A DNA stretch of 64,000 bases from an uncultured Actinomycetes bacterium (GTDB taxonomy: Bacteria > Actinomycetota > Acidimicrobiia > Acidimicrobiales > Ilumatobacteraceae), in NCBI GenBank assembly GCA_963822385.1, contig CAWGHJ010000003.1, positions 1,627,919 to 1,691,918 on the forward strand, in the 5' to 3' direction. This document shows, in pieces, positions 30,307-38,968 of the stretch; within the stretch, counting starts at the first letter, position 1, and each line of letters starts with the position of its first letter. The notes beneath the pieces were generated by a model. That model saw only the letters and a program-made list of their open reading frames with translations. It did no database searches and was not told the DNA's origin. A program made the position numbers and the translations under genes.

Positions 30307-31608
30307 TCAGCCGCCGGCGTCGTCGCCGCTGGGTTCGCCATCGGGTTCGAGCGACACCTTGACGCGACGGATGCGCCGCCCGTCGACCTCGACCGCGGTG
30401 AACCGCCAGCCGCCGTGGACCAGCCCCTCACCGATCGCGGGCACGTGTTCCAGGGTGCCGAACAGGAAGCCGCCCACGGTGTCCCAGTCGTCGTCGGGCA
30501 CGTTCAGGCCGAGCAGGTCGTTGAGGTCGTCGATCGACGTGCCGCCGTCCACCAGGTAGGCGCCGTCACCGAGCGCCTGGACGTCGTCGTCCTCCTCGTC
30601 GTGCTCGTCGACGATCTCACCGACGAGCTCTTCCAGGCAGTCCTCCAACGTGATCAGGCCGGCCAGTGCGCCGTACTCGTCGGCGACCAGGGCGAGGTGG
30701 AACTTCTCGGCCTGCATCTCGCGCATCAGACGCGCCACCGGCTTGTTCTCGGGCACGAACTTCACCGGACGGATGAGCTCGCTGACCGGGCGATCGCCGC
30801 GACCCTCGCGCTCGGCGCGCATGAGGTCCTTGGCGAACGACAGACCGAGCACGTCGTCGTCCTTGTCCTCGTTGATGACCGGGATGCGGCTGTAGCCGTG
30901 CTCGAGCGCGATGTCGAGGCCCTGGGTGATGGTGGCGTCGTGGGCGATCGTGATGATGTCGGGGCGGGGCACCATGATCTCGCGGGCGATGGTGTCGCCG
31001 AACTCGATGATGCTCTCGATGAGCTCGCGCTCTTCCTCTTCGATCACCTCGTCGTCGACCGCGGTCTCGACGATGCCGAGCAGCTCGCTCTCGGACACGA
31101 ACGGCCCCTGCTCGAGTCCCTTGCCCTTGACGATGATGTTGGTGAGACCGATGAGGCCTCGCGAGATCCACTGCAACGGCGGGAAGGCCACCAGCGCCGC
31201 GGTCGGCCGGGCGGCGAACAGCGCGGCGCGTTGCGGGTACAGCACCGCGTACGTCTTCGGCACCGCTTCGGCGAGGACGAAGAACACGACCACGTTGAGC
31301 ACCACACCGACGGCCACACCGGCCGGGCCGAACAGGTTGCCGGCGACCACACCGGTGAGCGTGGCCTGCACGATCTGGCAGATGTTCACGGTCAGCAGCA
31401 ACGGGTTCACCCATCGCTCGGGTTCGTCGACGAGCCGCTTGAGCGCCTTGCCACCCTTGCTGCCCTGCTCGGCCAACGACGACGCACGGGGTCGGCTCAT
31501 GCGCGACAGCGCCATCTCGGCCACCGAGAGGAAGATCAACACGATCAGCAGGACGAAGATGACGACGAGCATCAGCACGTCGAGGTTGGTCACCGAGGCG
31601 GCGATCAT
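30307..31608 (-). CDS. hemolysin-family / CNNM (DUF21-CBS-CorC_HlyC) membrane protein
   Basis: The N-terminal DUF21 TM region is followed by a CBS pair (IMVPRPDIITI.., RIPVINEDKDDVLG) and a C-terminal CorC/HlyC domain. Confidence 0.9.
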   Translation of the reverse strand: MIAASVTNLDVLMLVVIFVLLIVLIFLSVAEMALSRMSRPRASSLAEQGSKGGKALKRLVDEPERWVNPLLLTVNICQIVQATLTGVVAGNLFGPAGVAVGVVLNVVVFFVLAEAVPKTYAVLYPQRAALFAARPTAALVAFPPLQWISRGLIGLTNIIVKGKGLEQGPFVSESELLGIVETAVDDEVIEEEERELIESIIEFGDTIAREIMVPRPDIITIAHDATITQGLDIALEHGYSRIPVINEDKDDDVLGLSFAKDLMRAEREGRGDRPVSELIRPVKFVPENKPVARLMREMQAEKFHLALVADEYGALAGLITLEDCLEELVGEIVDEHDEEDDDVQALGDGAYLVDGGTSIDDLNDLLGLNVPDDDWDTVGGFLFGTLEHVPAIGEGLVHGGWRFTAVEVDGRRIRRVKVSLEPDGEPSGDDAGG

Positions 31609-32201
31609 TCGGGCTGCTCCTGGCGGAAGGCGGCGGGCGCGGGGCCCACCCAGTGGTGGGCTTCGAGCAACGCCAATTCGCGGGCGCGCATGACGGCGGT
31701 CTCGTCGGGCTCGTGGTGGTCGTGACCCAGCACGTGGAGAATGCCGTGCACGACGAGCAGCGCCAGCTCGTCGTCGAGCGTGCCGGCGTGCTCGGGCGCC
31801 TGACGAGCGGCGACCGCTGGGCAGATGACCACGTCGCCGAGCAGCAGCGGCATGTCGCCCGGATCGGGCGGCGAACGGTCGGGTCCGCGGTTGGGCGGCT
31901 GGTTGTGCAGCACCAACTCGGCCTCGGCGGCATCGATGGGGAACGCGAGGACGTCGGTGGCGCCCTCCTTGCCCATGTAGTCGTGGTTCAACTCGGTGAT
32001 CTCGGCCTCGCTGATGAACAGCAGGCTCAGCTCGGCGAGGCCGCGCACGCCTTCGGCGCGCAGCACCGCCATGGCGAGTGCCTGCCAGCGGTCGATGTCG
32101 ACCGGCAGTTCGGCCTGCTCGTCGGCGCAGAACACTTCGGGTTCGCCGTCGCCACCGACACGCCGCGGCGCGTCGACCCGCGGACGGGAAGGGTCAACCA
32201 C
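31605..32201 (-). CDS. ybeY: rRNA maturation RNase YbeY
   Basis: Zinc motif HGILHVLGHDH. The GTG start at 32201 overlaps the phoH end. The longest ORF starts at TTG 32228. Confidence 0.9.
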   Translation of the reverse strand: MVDPSRPRVDAPRRVGGDGEPEVFCADEQAELPVDIDRWQALAMAVLRAEGVRGLAELSLLFISEAEITELNHDYMGKEGATDVLAFPIDAAEAELVLHNQPPNRGPDRSPPDPGDMPLLLGDVVICPAVAARQAPEHAGTLDDELALLVVHGILHVLGHDHHEPDETAVMRARELALLEAHHWVGPAPAAFRQEQPE

Positions 32202-33150
32202 GCGGACTCGCCTTCTCGTAGGCGGCAACGATGTCGGCGACGATGCGGTGACGGACCACGTCGCCGGCCGTGAGGTGCACGAAGGCCAGGCCCTCGATGC
32301 CCGTGAGGGTCTTCTCCAGCCCGATCAGGCCGCTGCGGCCGTCGGGGACGTCGATCTGGGTGGTGTCGCCGGTGACGACGACCTTGGACCCGAAGCCGAT
32401 GCGTGTGAGGAACATCTTCATCTGCTCGGGCGTGGCGTTCTGCGCCTCGTCGAGGATGATGAAGCTGTTGTTCAGCGTGCGGCCACGCATGAACGCCAGC
32501 GGGGCGACCTCGACCATCTGCCGCTCGAGCAACTTCTGCGCTCCCTCGGGTTCGATCATGTCGTACAGCGCGTCGTACAGGGGGCGCAGGTACGGGTCGA
32601 TCTTGGCCATCAGGTCGCCAGGCAGGAAGCCGAGGCGTTCGCCGGCCTCCACCGCGGGGCGGGTGAGGATGATGCGCTGCACCTGCTTGCTCTGCAGCGC
32701 CTGGACGGCCATCGCCACCGCGAGCCAGCTCTTGCCCGTGCCGGCCGGACCGAGGCCGAACGTGATGACGTTCTCGCGGATGGTGTCGATGTAGCGCTTC
32801 TGCCCGGCGGTCTTGGGCCGCACCGGCTTGCCCTTCGCACCGCGCATGATGTCGTCGGTGAGCACCTTCGACGGGCGCTCGTTCTCGCGGACCATCTCGA
32901 TGCTGCGGCGGATGGCCACTTCGTCGAGGTGCTGGCCCTGCTGGAGCAGCACGACCAACTCCTCGATCAGCCGTCCGGCGATCTCGGCCTGGGCGCCGGC
33001 GATGTGGATCTCGTTGCCGCGCACCACCACGGTGCACTCGGGGAACGACTGCTCGATGAGCCGGAGGTGGGCGTCGCGCTGCCCGACGAGGGCGGACATG
33101 AGGTGCGCGCCCGGCACGACGACGGAGTACGGCTGCGCGAGTTGGGTCAT
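32194..33150 (-). CDS. phoH: PhoH-like ATPase
   Basis: Walker A GPAGTGKSWLA, then ILTRPAVEAGERLGFLPGD and FIILDEAQN. Confidence 0.9.
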   Translation of the reverse strand: MTQLAQPYSVVVPGAHLMSALVGQRDAHLRLIEQSFPECTVVVRGNEIHIAGAQAEIAGRLIEELVVLLQQGQHLDEVAIRRSIEMVRENERPSKVLTDDIMRGAKGKPVRPKTAGQKRYIDTIRENVITFGLGPAGTGKSWLAVAMAVQALQSKQVQRIILTRPAVEAGERLGFLPGDLMAKIDPYLRPLYDALYDMIEPEGAQKLLERQMVEVAPLAFMRGRTLNNSFIILDEAQNATPEQMKMFLTRIGFGSKVVVTGDTTQIDVPDGRSGLIGLEKTLTGIEGLAFVHLTAGDVVRHRIVADIVAAYEKASPRG

Positions 33151-33419
33151 GTTCGACCGGCGAGTGGAATCATTCCGCCTTACGGTAGCGAACCGCAGCG
33201 GCATCGGGTGTCACCCGTTCGGCGCGGTCGACCACCGGGTCGGCGCGCCCGCTGCGCGCCTGGTCACGCATCGTGTTCGACCCACCACGCGACCGTTCCG
33301 ATATCGACAAGGAGCGCGCAAGAAATCACCCCTTGCGCGAAAGTGCAGGTTATGGGTTATGATGTGGACACGTTTCCCGCGGGCGGGCGTCCGTGTTCCA
33401 ACTGACGGGAGGGAGGCGC

Positions 33420-35699
33420 ATGAAGCGGGCATCGACACTTCTCACCTGGTGGTACCTCGCGATCGGCGGGGCGATCACGGCCGCGGCCGCCGCGGCCTCG
33501 GACGACCGCGTGCGCTGGATCCTCGAACTCGTCGCCATCGTCCTCGTCCTCGGCACCATCGTCGCCGCGCGCGTCCGCCACCTGCTCACACCGGCGCTGG
33601 CCCTGCTCTCGGCGGGAGCGGTGCTCGCGTTCGGGTTGTCCCGGCTGCTCCCCGACGACACCGCGCCGTCGGCCCACCTCGCCGCGGTCATCGCCGGCGT
33701 CACGGGCTACGCCATCACCCTCGGCGCCCTGTTCATCCTGCTCGAGCGCCGCGGCGTGCACATCCGCAACGGACTCGCGGCCGACGCCCTGGTCGTCGCC
33801 CTCAGCGCCTGGGTGATCGCCTGGCCGGCGCTCGTGCAGCCGATCATCGACCGGCACGGCGTCAACGCCGCCACCGTCCTGCACTCGATCCACCAGCCCA
33901 TCGCCTCGGTGGTCCTGTTCCTGGCGGTGACCCTGCTGCTGGACACCCGCAACCGCAGCGTCTCCGCGTGGCTGCTGGGCGGTGCCATCACCCTGCAGGT
34001 GCTCGCCGACCTGGTCGACGACCTCATCGACGCCGGCCACCTGGCCGGCGGGTTCGATCGTCTCGCCATGTCGCTCGGCATCGCCGCTGCCGTGTGCCTG
34101 GGCGGTGCGTTCCTGCACCCCAGCCTCAGCGCCCTGGGCAGCACGCAGCCCGACGACGAGCAGTCCACCCTCGGCCGCCTCGTCGTCACCATCGGTTCGC
34201 TGTCGTTCCCGGTCATCGTGCTCGGTGCCACGTCGGCCACCGGCACCGCCGACAAGATCGTCCGCACGTTGTCGGCCATCGCGCTCGCGCTGCTCGTCAC
34301 CGTCCGCGTCATCCACACCGTGCGCGCCAACTCACGCAGCCAGGCCGCGCTCCTCCACGGCGCCCAGACCGACGAGCTCACCGGCCTGCCCAACCGCAAC
34401 GTGCTGCTGCAGGAGATCACCAACCTGCTCGGCCGTTCGTGGGCCAACGATCAGCTGCCGACGCTGTTCTACATCGATCTCGACCGGTTCAAGAACATCA
34501 ACGACTCGCTCGGCCACGCTGCCGGCGACCAGGTGCTGCGCCTGGTGGCGCACCGCCTGCGCGACACCGCTCCCGCCGGCGCCACGGTCGCCTACGTGTC
34601 GGGCGACGAGTTCGTGGTGCTGCACCCCATGCCCACCTCACAGGACGACGCCGGCGCGGTCGCCGACGAGCTGCTCGCCGTGCTCCGCGAGCCGTTCGCA
34701 CTGGACCACGGCGACGTGTTCATCAGCGCCAGCATCGGCATCGCCACCATCAGCGCCACCTCGAGCAGCTCGCCCGCCGACCTGGTCCGCCACGCCGACT
34801 CGGCGATGTACCGGGCCAAGGACGAAGGCCGTGGCCGCCACGCCGTGTACGAGGAGGCGATGAAGGACCGCGTCACGCATCGCCTCGCCGTCGAGACCGC
34901 GCTGCACCGGGCCACGGACCGCGGCGAGATGCGCCTGTACCACCAGCCGATCCTCGACCTGTTCACCAACGAGGTCACCGGCTTCGAGGCGCTCATGCGC
35001 TGGCAGCAGGCCGACGGCACCATCGTCTCCCCCGCCGAGTTCATCCCCATCGCCGAGGACAACGGTGTCATCGTCTCGCTCGGCAAGTGGGCACTGCTCG
35101 AAGGCCTCACCCAGTTGCGGTGCTGGATCGACGAAGGCGTGTGCAGCCCGAGGGCCACCATGTCGGTCAACGTGTCGGCCCACCAGCTGCGCGAGCCCGA
35201 CTTCCCCGACACCGTCAGCGAGGCCCTCACCCGGTCGGGCGTGCCGGCATCACTGCTGTGGCTGGAGGTCACCGAGACGGTGATGATCAACGACGCCGAG
35301 CTGGCTCGCACCACGCTCACCCGGCTCAGCGAGCTCGGCGTGCGCATCGCGCTCGACGACTTCGGCACCGGCTTCTCGTCACTGTCGCTGCTGCAGAAGT
35401 TCCCGCTGCACCGCATCAAGATCGACCGGGCGTTCGTCCGCGGCCTCGCCGAGAGCGAGAACGATCGTTCACTCGTGCGCACCATCATCGCCATGGCCAA
35501 GGCCCTCGACCTCGACATCGTCGCCGAGGGTGTGGAGAGCAAGGCCCAGCTCGACCTGCTGCGCGACATGAAGTGCAAGAAGGCGCAGGGCTACCTGATC
35601 AGCCACCCGGTGCCGGCCGACGCCATGCGCACGACCGTGGCCGCGCTCGAGCGCATCGACCAGTTCCTGCCGCTGCACCGCACGATCACCACCAACTGA
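33420..35699 (+). CDS. membrane-anchored GGDEF-EAL protein (diguanylate cyclase/phosphodiesterase)
   Basis: About 8 N-terminal TM helices. The GGDEF domain carries an SGDEF variant (VAYVSGDEFVVL). The EAL domain reads FEALMRWQ, LEVTET, DDFGTGFSSLS, KIDRAF, EGVE. Confidence 0.9.
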   Translation: MKRASTLLTWWYLAIGGAITAAAAAASDDRVRWILELVAIVLVLGTIVAARVRHLLTPALALLSAGAVLAFGLSRLLPDDTAPSAHLAAVIAGVTGYAITLGALFILLERRGVHIRNGLAADALVVALSAWVIAWPALVQPIIDRHGVNAATVLHSIHQPIASVVLFLAVTLLLDTRNRSVSAWLLGGAITLQVLADLVDDLIDAGHLAGGFDRLAMSLGIAAAVCLGGAFLHPSLSALGSTQPDDEQSTLGRLVVTIGSLSFPVIVLGATSATGTADKIVRTLSAIALALLVTVRVIHTVRANSRSQAALLHGAQTDELTGLPNRNVLLQEITNLLGRSWANDQLPTLFYIDLDRFKNINDSLGHAAGDQVLRLVAHRLRDTAPAGATVAYVSGDEFVVLHPMPTSQDDAGAVADELLAVLREPFALDHGDVFISASIGIATISATSSSSPADLVRHADSAMYRAKDEGRGRHAVYEEAMKDRVTHRLAVETALHRATDRGEMRLYHQPILDLFTNEVTGFEALMRWQQADGTIVSPAEFIPIAEDNGVIVSLGKWALLEGLTQLRCWIDEGVCSPRATMSVNVSAHQLREPDFPDTVSEALTRSGVPASLLWLEVTETVMINDAELARTTLTRLSELGVRIALDDFGTGFSSLSLLQKFPLHRIKIDRAFVRGLAESENDRSLVRTIIAMAKALDLDIVAEGVESKAQLDLLRDMKCKKAQGYLISHPVPADAMRTTVAALERIDQFLPLHRTITTN

Positions 35700-35773
35700 G
35701 CCCGTGTCCGGCGTCCGACGCCGAGGCCCTCGACAAACGCGCCGATAACGGGCACTCGGCACTCTGGCGACTG

Positions 35774-35826
35774 CGTTCTTGTCATTCGCTGACCGGGGAT
35801 TCGCCGGTCAAGGCATGACAAGAACG
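35774..35826. other. 53-nt nested perfect inverted repeat at the core-genome / cassette-array junction
   Basis: CGTTCTTGTCAT tcgct GACCGG ggattcg CCGGTC aaggc ATGACAAGAACG. This gives a 12-bp outer and a 6-bp inner perfect stem. Confidence 0.6.
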
Positions 35827-36306
35827 AGGATTCGACCGACCCATCGCTGCCGATCTGCTCGCTGGACAACGCATCCCACTTCGGGCAATCTGCGCTACTT
35901 GGCTTCCGACTTCTCCCGAGACAACGACGGACGTACGCCGTTGCACTACGCGGCCCTCGATGACGACGTCCAAGGTGTTGAAGAAGGCCTGCGAAGTGGC
36001 ATCGATCCGGATTGCGCTGATCGCGAGGGCTTCACGGCTCTTCACTTCGCCGCGCAGAATCATTCGGTCACCGCAGCTCGCCACCTCCTCGAAGGCGGCG
36101 CCACCGTTGATCAGGTCAACAGGTTCGGGAACTCGCCGTTGAGCACCGCAGTGTTCAACTCCAAGGGGCGTGGCGAGATGATCGAGTTGCTCCGCGAGTG
36201 GGGAGCCGATCCGTTCCTGGCCAACAACTTCGGCAAGACGCCGCTCGAGTTGTCGCGGATGATCGCCAACTTCGACACCGCCCAGTTCTTCGGCGACCTC
36301 GCCTAA
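35815..36306 (+). CDS. ankyrin-repeat protein (cassette 1)
   Basis: About 3 ANK repeats: DGRTPLHYAAL.., EGFTALHFAAQNHSVTAARHLLEGGA, FGNSPLSTAV. The ATG at 35815 reads through repeat R1. An alternative TTG at 35899 lies just after R1. Confidence 0.8.
   Translation: MTRTRIRPTHRCRSARWTTHPTSGNLRYLASDFSRDNDGRTPLHYAALDDDVQGVEEGLRSGIDPDCADREGFTALHFAAQNHSVTAARHLLEGGATVDQVNRFGNSPLSTAVFNSKGRGEMIELLREWGADPFLANNFGKTPLELSRMIANFDTAQFFGDLA
35841..35897 (+). repeat. cassette-array repeat copy R1
   Basis: ccatcgCTGCCGATCTGCTCGCTGGACAACGCATCCCACTTCGGGCAATCTGCGCTA. Confidence 0.75.
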
Positions 36307-36350
36307 GGCAGAACTGCCGCTAGGTGCGACCGGGTGGTGTCGCGAGCGAC
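36307..36350 (+). repeat. cassette-array repeat copy R2 (short form)
   Basis: GGCAGAACTGCCGCTAGGTGCGACCGGGTGGTGTCGCGAGCGAC begins directly after the ankyrin TAA. Confidence 0.7.
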
Positions 36351-36351
36351 C

Positions 36352-36696
36352 TCACGGACACGTGAGAGCCACCATGTCGATGAAGCCGAATGTGGCGTCC
36401 ATCATCTCCTCCATGCCCTCGCCTGCTGGCGGCGGATCGACCGCCACGGTAAGGAGCTTCTGAACCGCGTCGCGCTGGGCCGGCGATAGTGCGCTAGAGG
36501 CGAGGAGGACCTCAAGCCGACCCTCAATGTTCGGGAGCCGACCGGACGTAGTCAACCCATCACCAGCGAGGTTCCGTAGCTCAACGCAGACGTCCTGCTG
36601 CGTGGTCAACTCGGGGCCACCTGAATCGGAGCAACCCAAGACAAGAAGCCCAGCGACGAGCGAGGCGCCGACAACTCGAACTGTGTTGCGCCCCAT
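36352..36696 (-). CDS. hypothetical lipoprotein (cassette 2, reversed)
   Basis: MGRNTVRVVGASLVAGLLVLGCSDSGG has a signal peptide and a lipobox-like LVLGC. No family was recognised. Confidence 0.5.
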   Translation of the reverse strand: MGRNTVRVVGASLVAGLLVLGCSDSGGPELTTQQDVCVELRNLAGDGLTTSGRLPNIEGRLEVLLASSALSPAQRDAVQKLLTVAVDPPPAGEGMEEMMDATFGFIDMVALTCP

Positions 36697-36715
36697 CGCC
36701 GCCACCTTACCGACG

Positions 36716-36776
36716 AGCGCAGAACTGCCGTTCTGCGCGCTGGACAAAGACGGCCACTTCGGGCATTCTGCGCTAG
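36716..36776 (+). repeat. cassette-array repeat copy R3 (best-preserved long form)
   Basis: AGCGCAGAACTGCCGTTCTGCGCGCTGGACAAAGACGGCCACTTCGGGCATTCTGCGCTAG. The terminal inverted repeats are AGCGCAGAA / TTCTGCGCT. Confidence 0.8.
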
Positions 36777-36791
36777 CCCGGTGAAACCTTC

Positions 36792-36998
36792 ATGGCGCCG
36801 CTGCTGGAGATGCGAGGACGGACGATCGTGAATCGATTCAGGTGGATTCAATACGCGGTTTTCGGGCTGGCCTTCTTCAGCTTTCTCTGGCTCACCATGG
36901 GCTTCGGTCTACGGATGCTCGTGGGCTTCGTCGTCGTGAGCGCGATCTGCATCTTCTCGGCGGACTACAGGACCGAAGCAAAGGGACGCCGCCCCTAG
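36792..36998 (+). CDS. small two-TM hypothetical protein (cassette 3)
   Basis: 68 aa: WIQYAVFGLAFFSFLWLTMGFGLRMLVGFVVVSAICIF. The TAG stop is the first triplet of repeat R4. Confidence 0.5.
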   Translation: MAPLLEMRGRTIVNRFRWIQYAVFGLAFFSFLWLTMGFGLRMLVGFVVVSAICIFSADYRTEAKGRRP

Positions 36999-37030
36999 CT
37001 GCCGCTCTGGGCGGCTGCGGTGCGCGAGGC
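36996..37030 (+). repeat. cassette-array repeat copy R4 (degenerate short form)
   Basis: TAGCTGCCGCTCTGGGCGGCTGCGGTGCGCGAGGC. Confidence 0.55.
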
Positions 37031-37037
37031 TGCACCG

Positions 37038-37286
37038 ATGTTCAGTTGTCCGGTGTGCGGCGCGAGTGAGTTGGCGGTGAAGCCATACGCGCACTGGCCA
37101 CCCGATGATGCGGACGCTCTGAGACCGCCCTACGAGGACGTCCTCGGGTCGCCGTCGTACGAGGCGTGTCCGTCCTGCGGGTTCGAGTTCGGCAACGACG
37201 ACAACCCCGGTACAGCCGCTCCGCTTTCATTCGCTGAGTATCGAGTCGAGTGGACTGCGCGAGGCCGACCGCGTTTCCGGCCATAG
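37038..37286 (+). CDS. small Cys-rich zinc-ribbon protein, CPCC-family-like (cassette 4)
   Basis: MFSCPVCGASEL...YEACPSCGFEFGNDDNPG...SFAEYRVEW has two CxxC pairs. It resembles what I recall of the Cys_rich_CPCC family. The TAG stop lies inside R5. Confidence 0.55.
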   Translation: MFSCPVCGASELAVKPYAHWPPDDADALRPPYEDVLGSPSYEACPSCGFEFGNDDNPGTAAPLSFAEYRVEWTARGRPRFRP

Positions 37287-37338
37287 CGCAGAGCTGCCGC
37301 TATGCGTGCTGGACAACGGCGGCCGCGTCGGGCGTTAG
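37284..37338 (+). repeat. cassette-array repeat copy R5
   Basis: TAGCGCAGAGCTGCCGCTATGCGTGCTGGACAACGGCGGCCGCGTCGGGCGTTAGG. Confidence 0.8.
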
Positions 37339-37991
37339 GAACGGGTTGCGGCCGCTTCTGTAAGAACGGCGAGTCGCTTCCTTGAAATCGGGCCATCGCG
37401 CTCGGCCACATCGTCGTGCGCTCGACTACGCCATGCTGTCGCCATCGGGTGATTCGCCACGGTCGCCAGCGCAGCGATGCTGAAACGAATCAGACCCGGT
37501 GTTGCGGGAACGACAAACGGCGAGGCCGCCGTTGGCTTGTCGAGTAGCTCCGTCAGGAGGTCGATGACCGAGTCGGTCGTTGGTAACCCGTCGAGGAATC
37601 CAATGACCGCCGCAAGATCTTCTCGAAGTCCTTGGATGACGCCCTCTCGCGAGTTGCCGATCAGCTGATCGGCGGTGAACATGGCGACGCGAGCGGGCCC
37701 GATCAGCTTCGTCGTGCTGCCCAAGGCGAAGCACTGGCTGACCTGATTCGGATCGAGCGCCTCGCCGGGCCACAGCATCTGCAGCATCGTCTGGTGGAAC
37801 AGACCGAACACCGGCGTGTGTCTGCCGTGCGCGCTGTCGAGCCCTACACGTTGCTCGTAGCCGGCCGCGGGCCGCATCCACACGCGGCGTGAGCGAGAGA
37901 AGCCTGCTTCCTCGAGTTCGGCGTCGAACGACGCACGAAGCGCGGAGTCGATCACCGTGCGGTCAGCCACAGGGACACCATTATGTCTCAC
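37335..37991 (-). CDS. hypothetical protein, N-terminus DUF4304-like (cassette 5, reversed)
   Basis: DSALRASFDAELEEAGFSRSRRVWMRP..EQRVGLDS resembles the DUF4304 N-terminal pattern (tentative). The start is uncertain (GTG 37991 to 37955). Confidence 0.5.
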   Translation of the reverse strand: MRHNGVPVADRTVIDSALRASFDAELEEAGFSRSRRVWMRPAAGYEQRVGLDSAHGRHTPVFGLFHQTMLQMLWPGEALDPNQVSQCFALGSTTKLIGPARVAMFTADQLIGNSREGVIQGLREDLAAVIGFLDGLPTTDSVIDLLTELLDKPTAASPFVVPATPGLIRFSIAALATVANHPMATAWRSRAHDDVAERDGPISRKRLAVLTEAAATRS

Positions 37992-37995
37992 CCGC

Positions 37996-38058
37996 AGCGC
38001 AGGGCTGCCGATAGGTGCGGTTTGACTCACCAGCCCCGAACGGACAAAGTGCGCTCGG
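37996..38058 (+). repeat. cassette-array repeat copy R6
   Basis: AGCGCAGGGCTGCCGATAGGTGCGGTTTGACTCACCAGCCCCGAACGGACAAAGTGCGCTCGG. Confidence 0.75.
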
Positions 38059-38531
38059 TGACCGTGATTCCCGTGTTTGCTGCCTCTCATGGCCGGAGTC
38101 GACTCTTCGCGTGGTTGGGTCGCGTGCTTGCGGCGCTCGCTCTTGCGGCGGCGGGTGTCTGGTGGGGCGACTTCATGCATCGCGCTGGCATGACGTACTG
38201 CGAGAGGAACCCGGGATGCAACGACATCGACAGCCTCGGCGTCGAGGGACTGGTTGCGTTGGTGTTGTGGCTGGTGACGGCGATCGCGACGGTCTTCATT
38301 TGTCTGAGTGCCGTACTGGCTGCACCCTCGACCTATCGGGGGCGGGCTGTGTGGGCCGCGATGATTGGCTTCTCGGTGTTCGTGGCACACCGTTACAACC
38401 TCATCTGGGCGGTCATTGTCACATGCGCTGCGACGTGCGCCGTCCTGTTCGTGTCAGACGATTTGCCTGACCCAGCGCGGCGTCGCCGTTGGGCTCGAAA
38501 GCGTGGACCACGGTCCATCGTCGAGTCGTAG
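38058..38531 (+). CDS. hypothetical 4-TM membrane protein (cassette 6)
   Basis: The GTG lies in the right edge of R6 (GCGCTCGGTGACC). Hydrophobic helices include LFAWLGRVLAALALAAAGVWW, LVALVLWLVTAIATVFICLSAVL, AVWAAMIGFSVFV and LIWAVIVTCAATCAVLFV. The longer ATG start at 37983 would read through R6. Confidence 0.5.
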   Translation: MTVIPVFAASHGRSRLFAWLGRVLAALALAAAGVWWGDFMHRAGMTYCERNPGCNDIDSLGVEGLVALVLWLVTAIATVFICLSAVLAAPSTYRGRAVWAAMIGFSVFVAHRYNLIWAVIVTCAATCAVLFVSDDLPDPARRRRWARKRGPRSIVES

Positions 38532-38550
38532 CACGCGCTGTTCACCGTCC

Positions 38551-38611
38551 GCGCATAGCTGCTGATAGGTGCCCTGGACAAACGCCGTGCGGTTCGGCCA
38601 ACCTGCGCTGG
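38551..38611 (+). repeat. cassette-array repeat copy R7
   Basis: GCGCATAGCTGCTGATAGGTGCCCTGGACAAACGCCGTGCGGTTCGGCCAACCTGCGCTGG. Confidence 0.75.
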
Positions 38612-38907
38612 TGACCGAGGAAGCGGAACCAGGCGAGTGGCAGCGCCGATTCGAGGAGTCGGTCGCCCGAGAGGACGCCAGACATGAGGCCGACGCTACG
38701 GGCTGCCTGGCCCAGCTGACCGATCTTCGATTGTGGGCTGCCGCGATTCTCATCCCGCTCAGCCTCGCTGCCGCTGGTCTCGGCTGGGTGGCGACCAGAC
38801 TCGGGTGGCCGCGCTGGGTCGGGCCCTCTGCGGCCGGCGTAGTCGCCGGTGCCATCGCATGTGTGTTCATCGCTCGGCGAATGAACAGCCGCCGACAGAG
38901 CCAGTGA
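38611..38907 (+). CDS. hypothetical 2-TM membrane protein (cassette 7)
   Basis: The GTG lies at the right edge of R7 (GCGCTGGTGACC). TM helices are LWAAAILIPLSLAAAGLGWVA and AAGVVAGAIACVFIA. An alternative GTG at 38569 lies inside R7. Confidence 0.45.
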   Translation: MTEEAEPGEWQRRFEESVAREDARHEADATGCLAQLTDLRLWAAAILIPLSLAAAGLGWVATRLGWPRWVGPSAAGVVAGAIACVFIARRMNSRRQSQ

Positions 38908-38910
38908 CCC

Positions 38911-38968
38911 GTGCAGAGCTGCCGCTATGCGTGGACGAAGCAAGGTGCCACACTCTCTCAATGCTGCG
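38911..38968 (+). repeat. cassette-array repeat copy R8
   Basis: GTGCAGAGCTGCCGCTATGCGTGGACGAAGCAAGGTGCCACACTCTCTCAATGCTGCG starts 3 nt after the cassette-7 TGA. Confidence 0.7.

Noticed and set aside
32813-35818. 1001-aa ORF overlapping phoH and the GGDEF-EAL gene
   Set aside because: The sequence is Arg/Pro/His-rich low-complexity with no motifs. It is out of frame with the GGDEF-EAL protein, which carries unmistakable domain signatures.
37983-38057. ATG 37983 as the start of cassette 6, reading through repeat R6
   Set aside because: The extra 25 aa would be translated from the repeat itself and would overlap the start region of the reversed cassette 5. The GTG at the repeat edge (38058) parallels the situation at R7. 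The longer start cannot be excluded.
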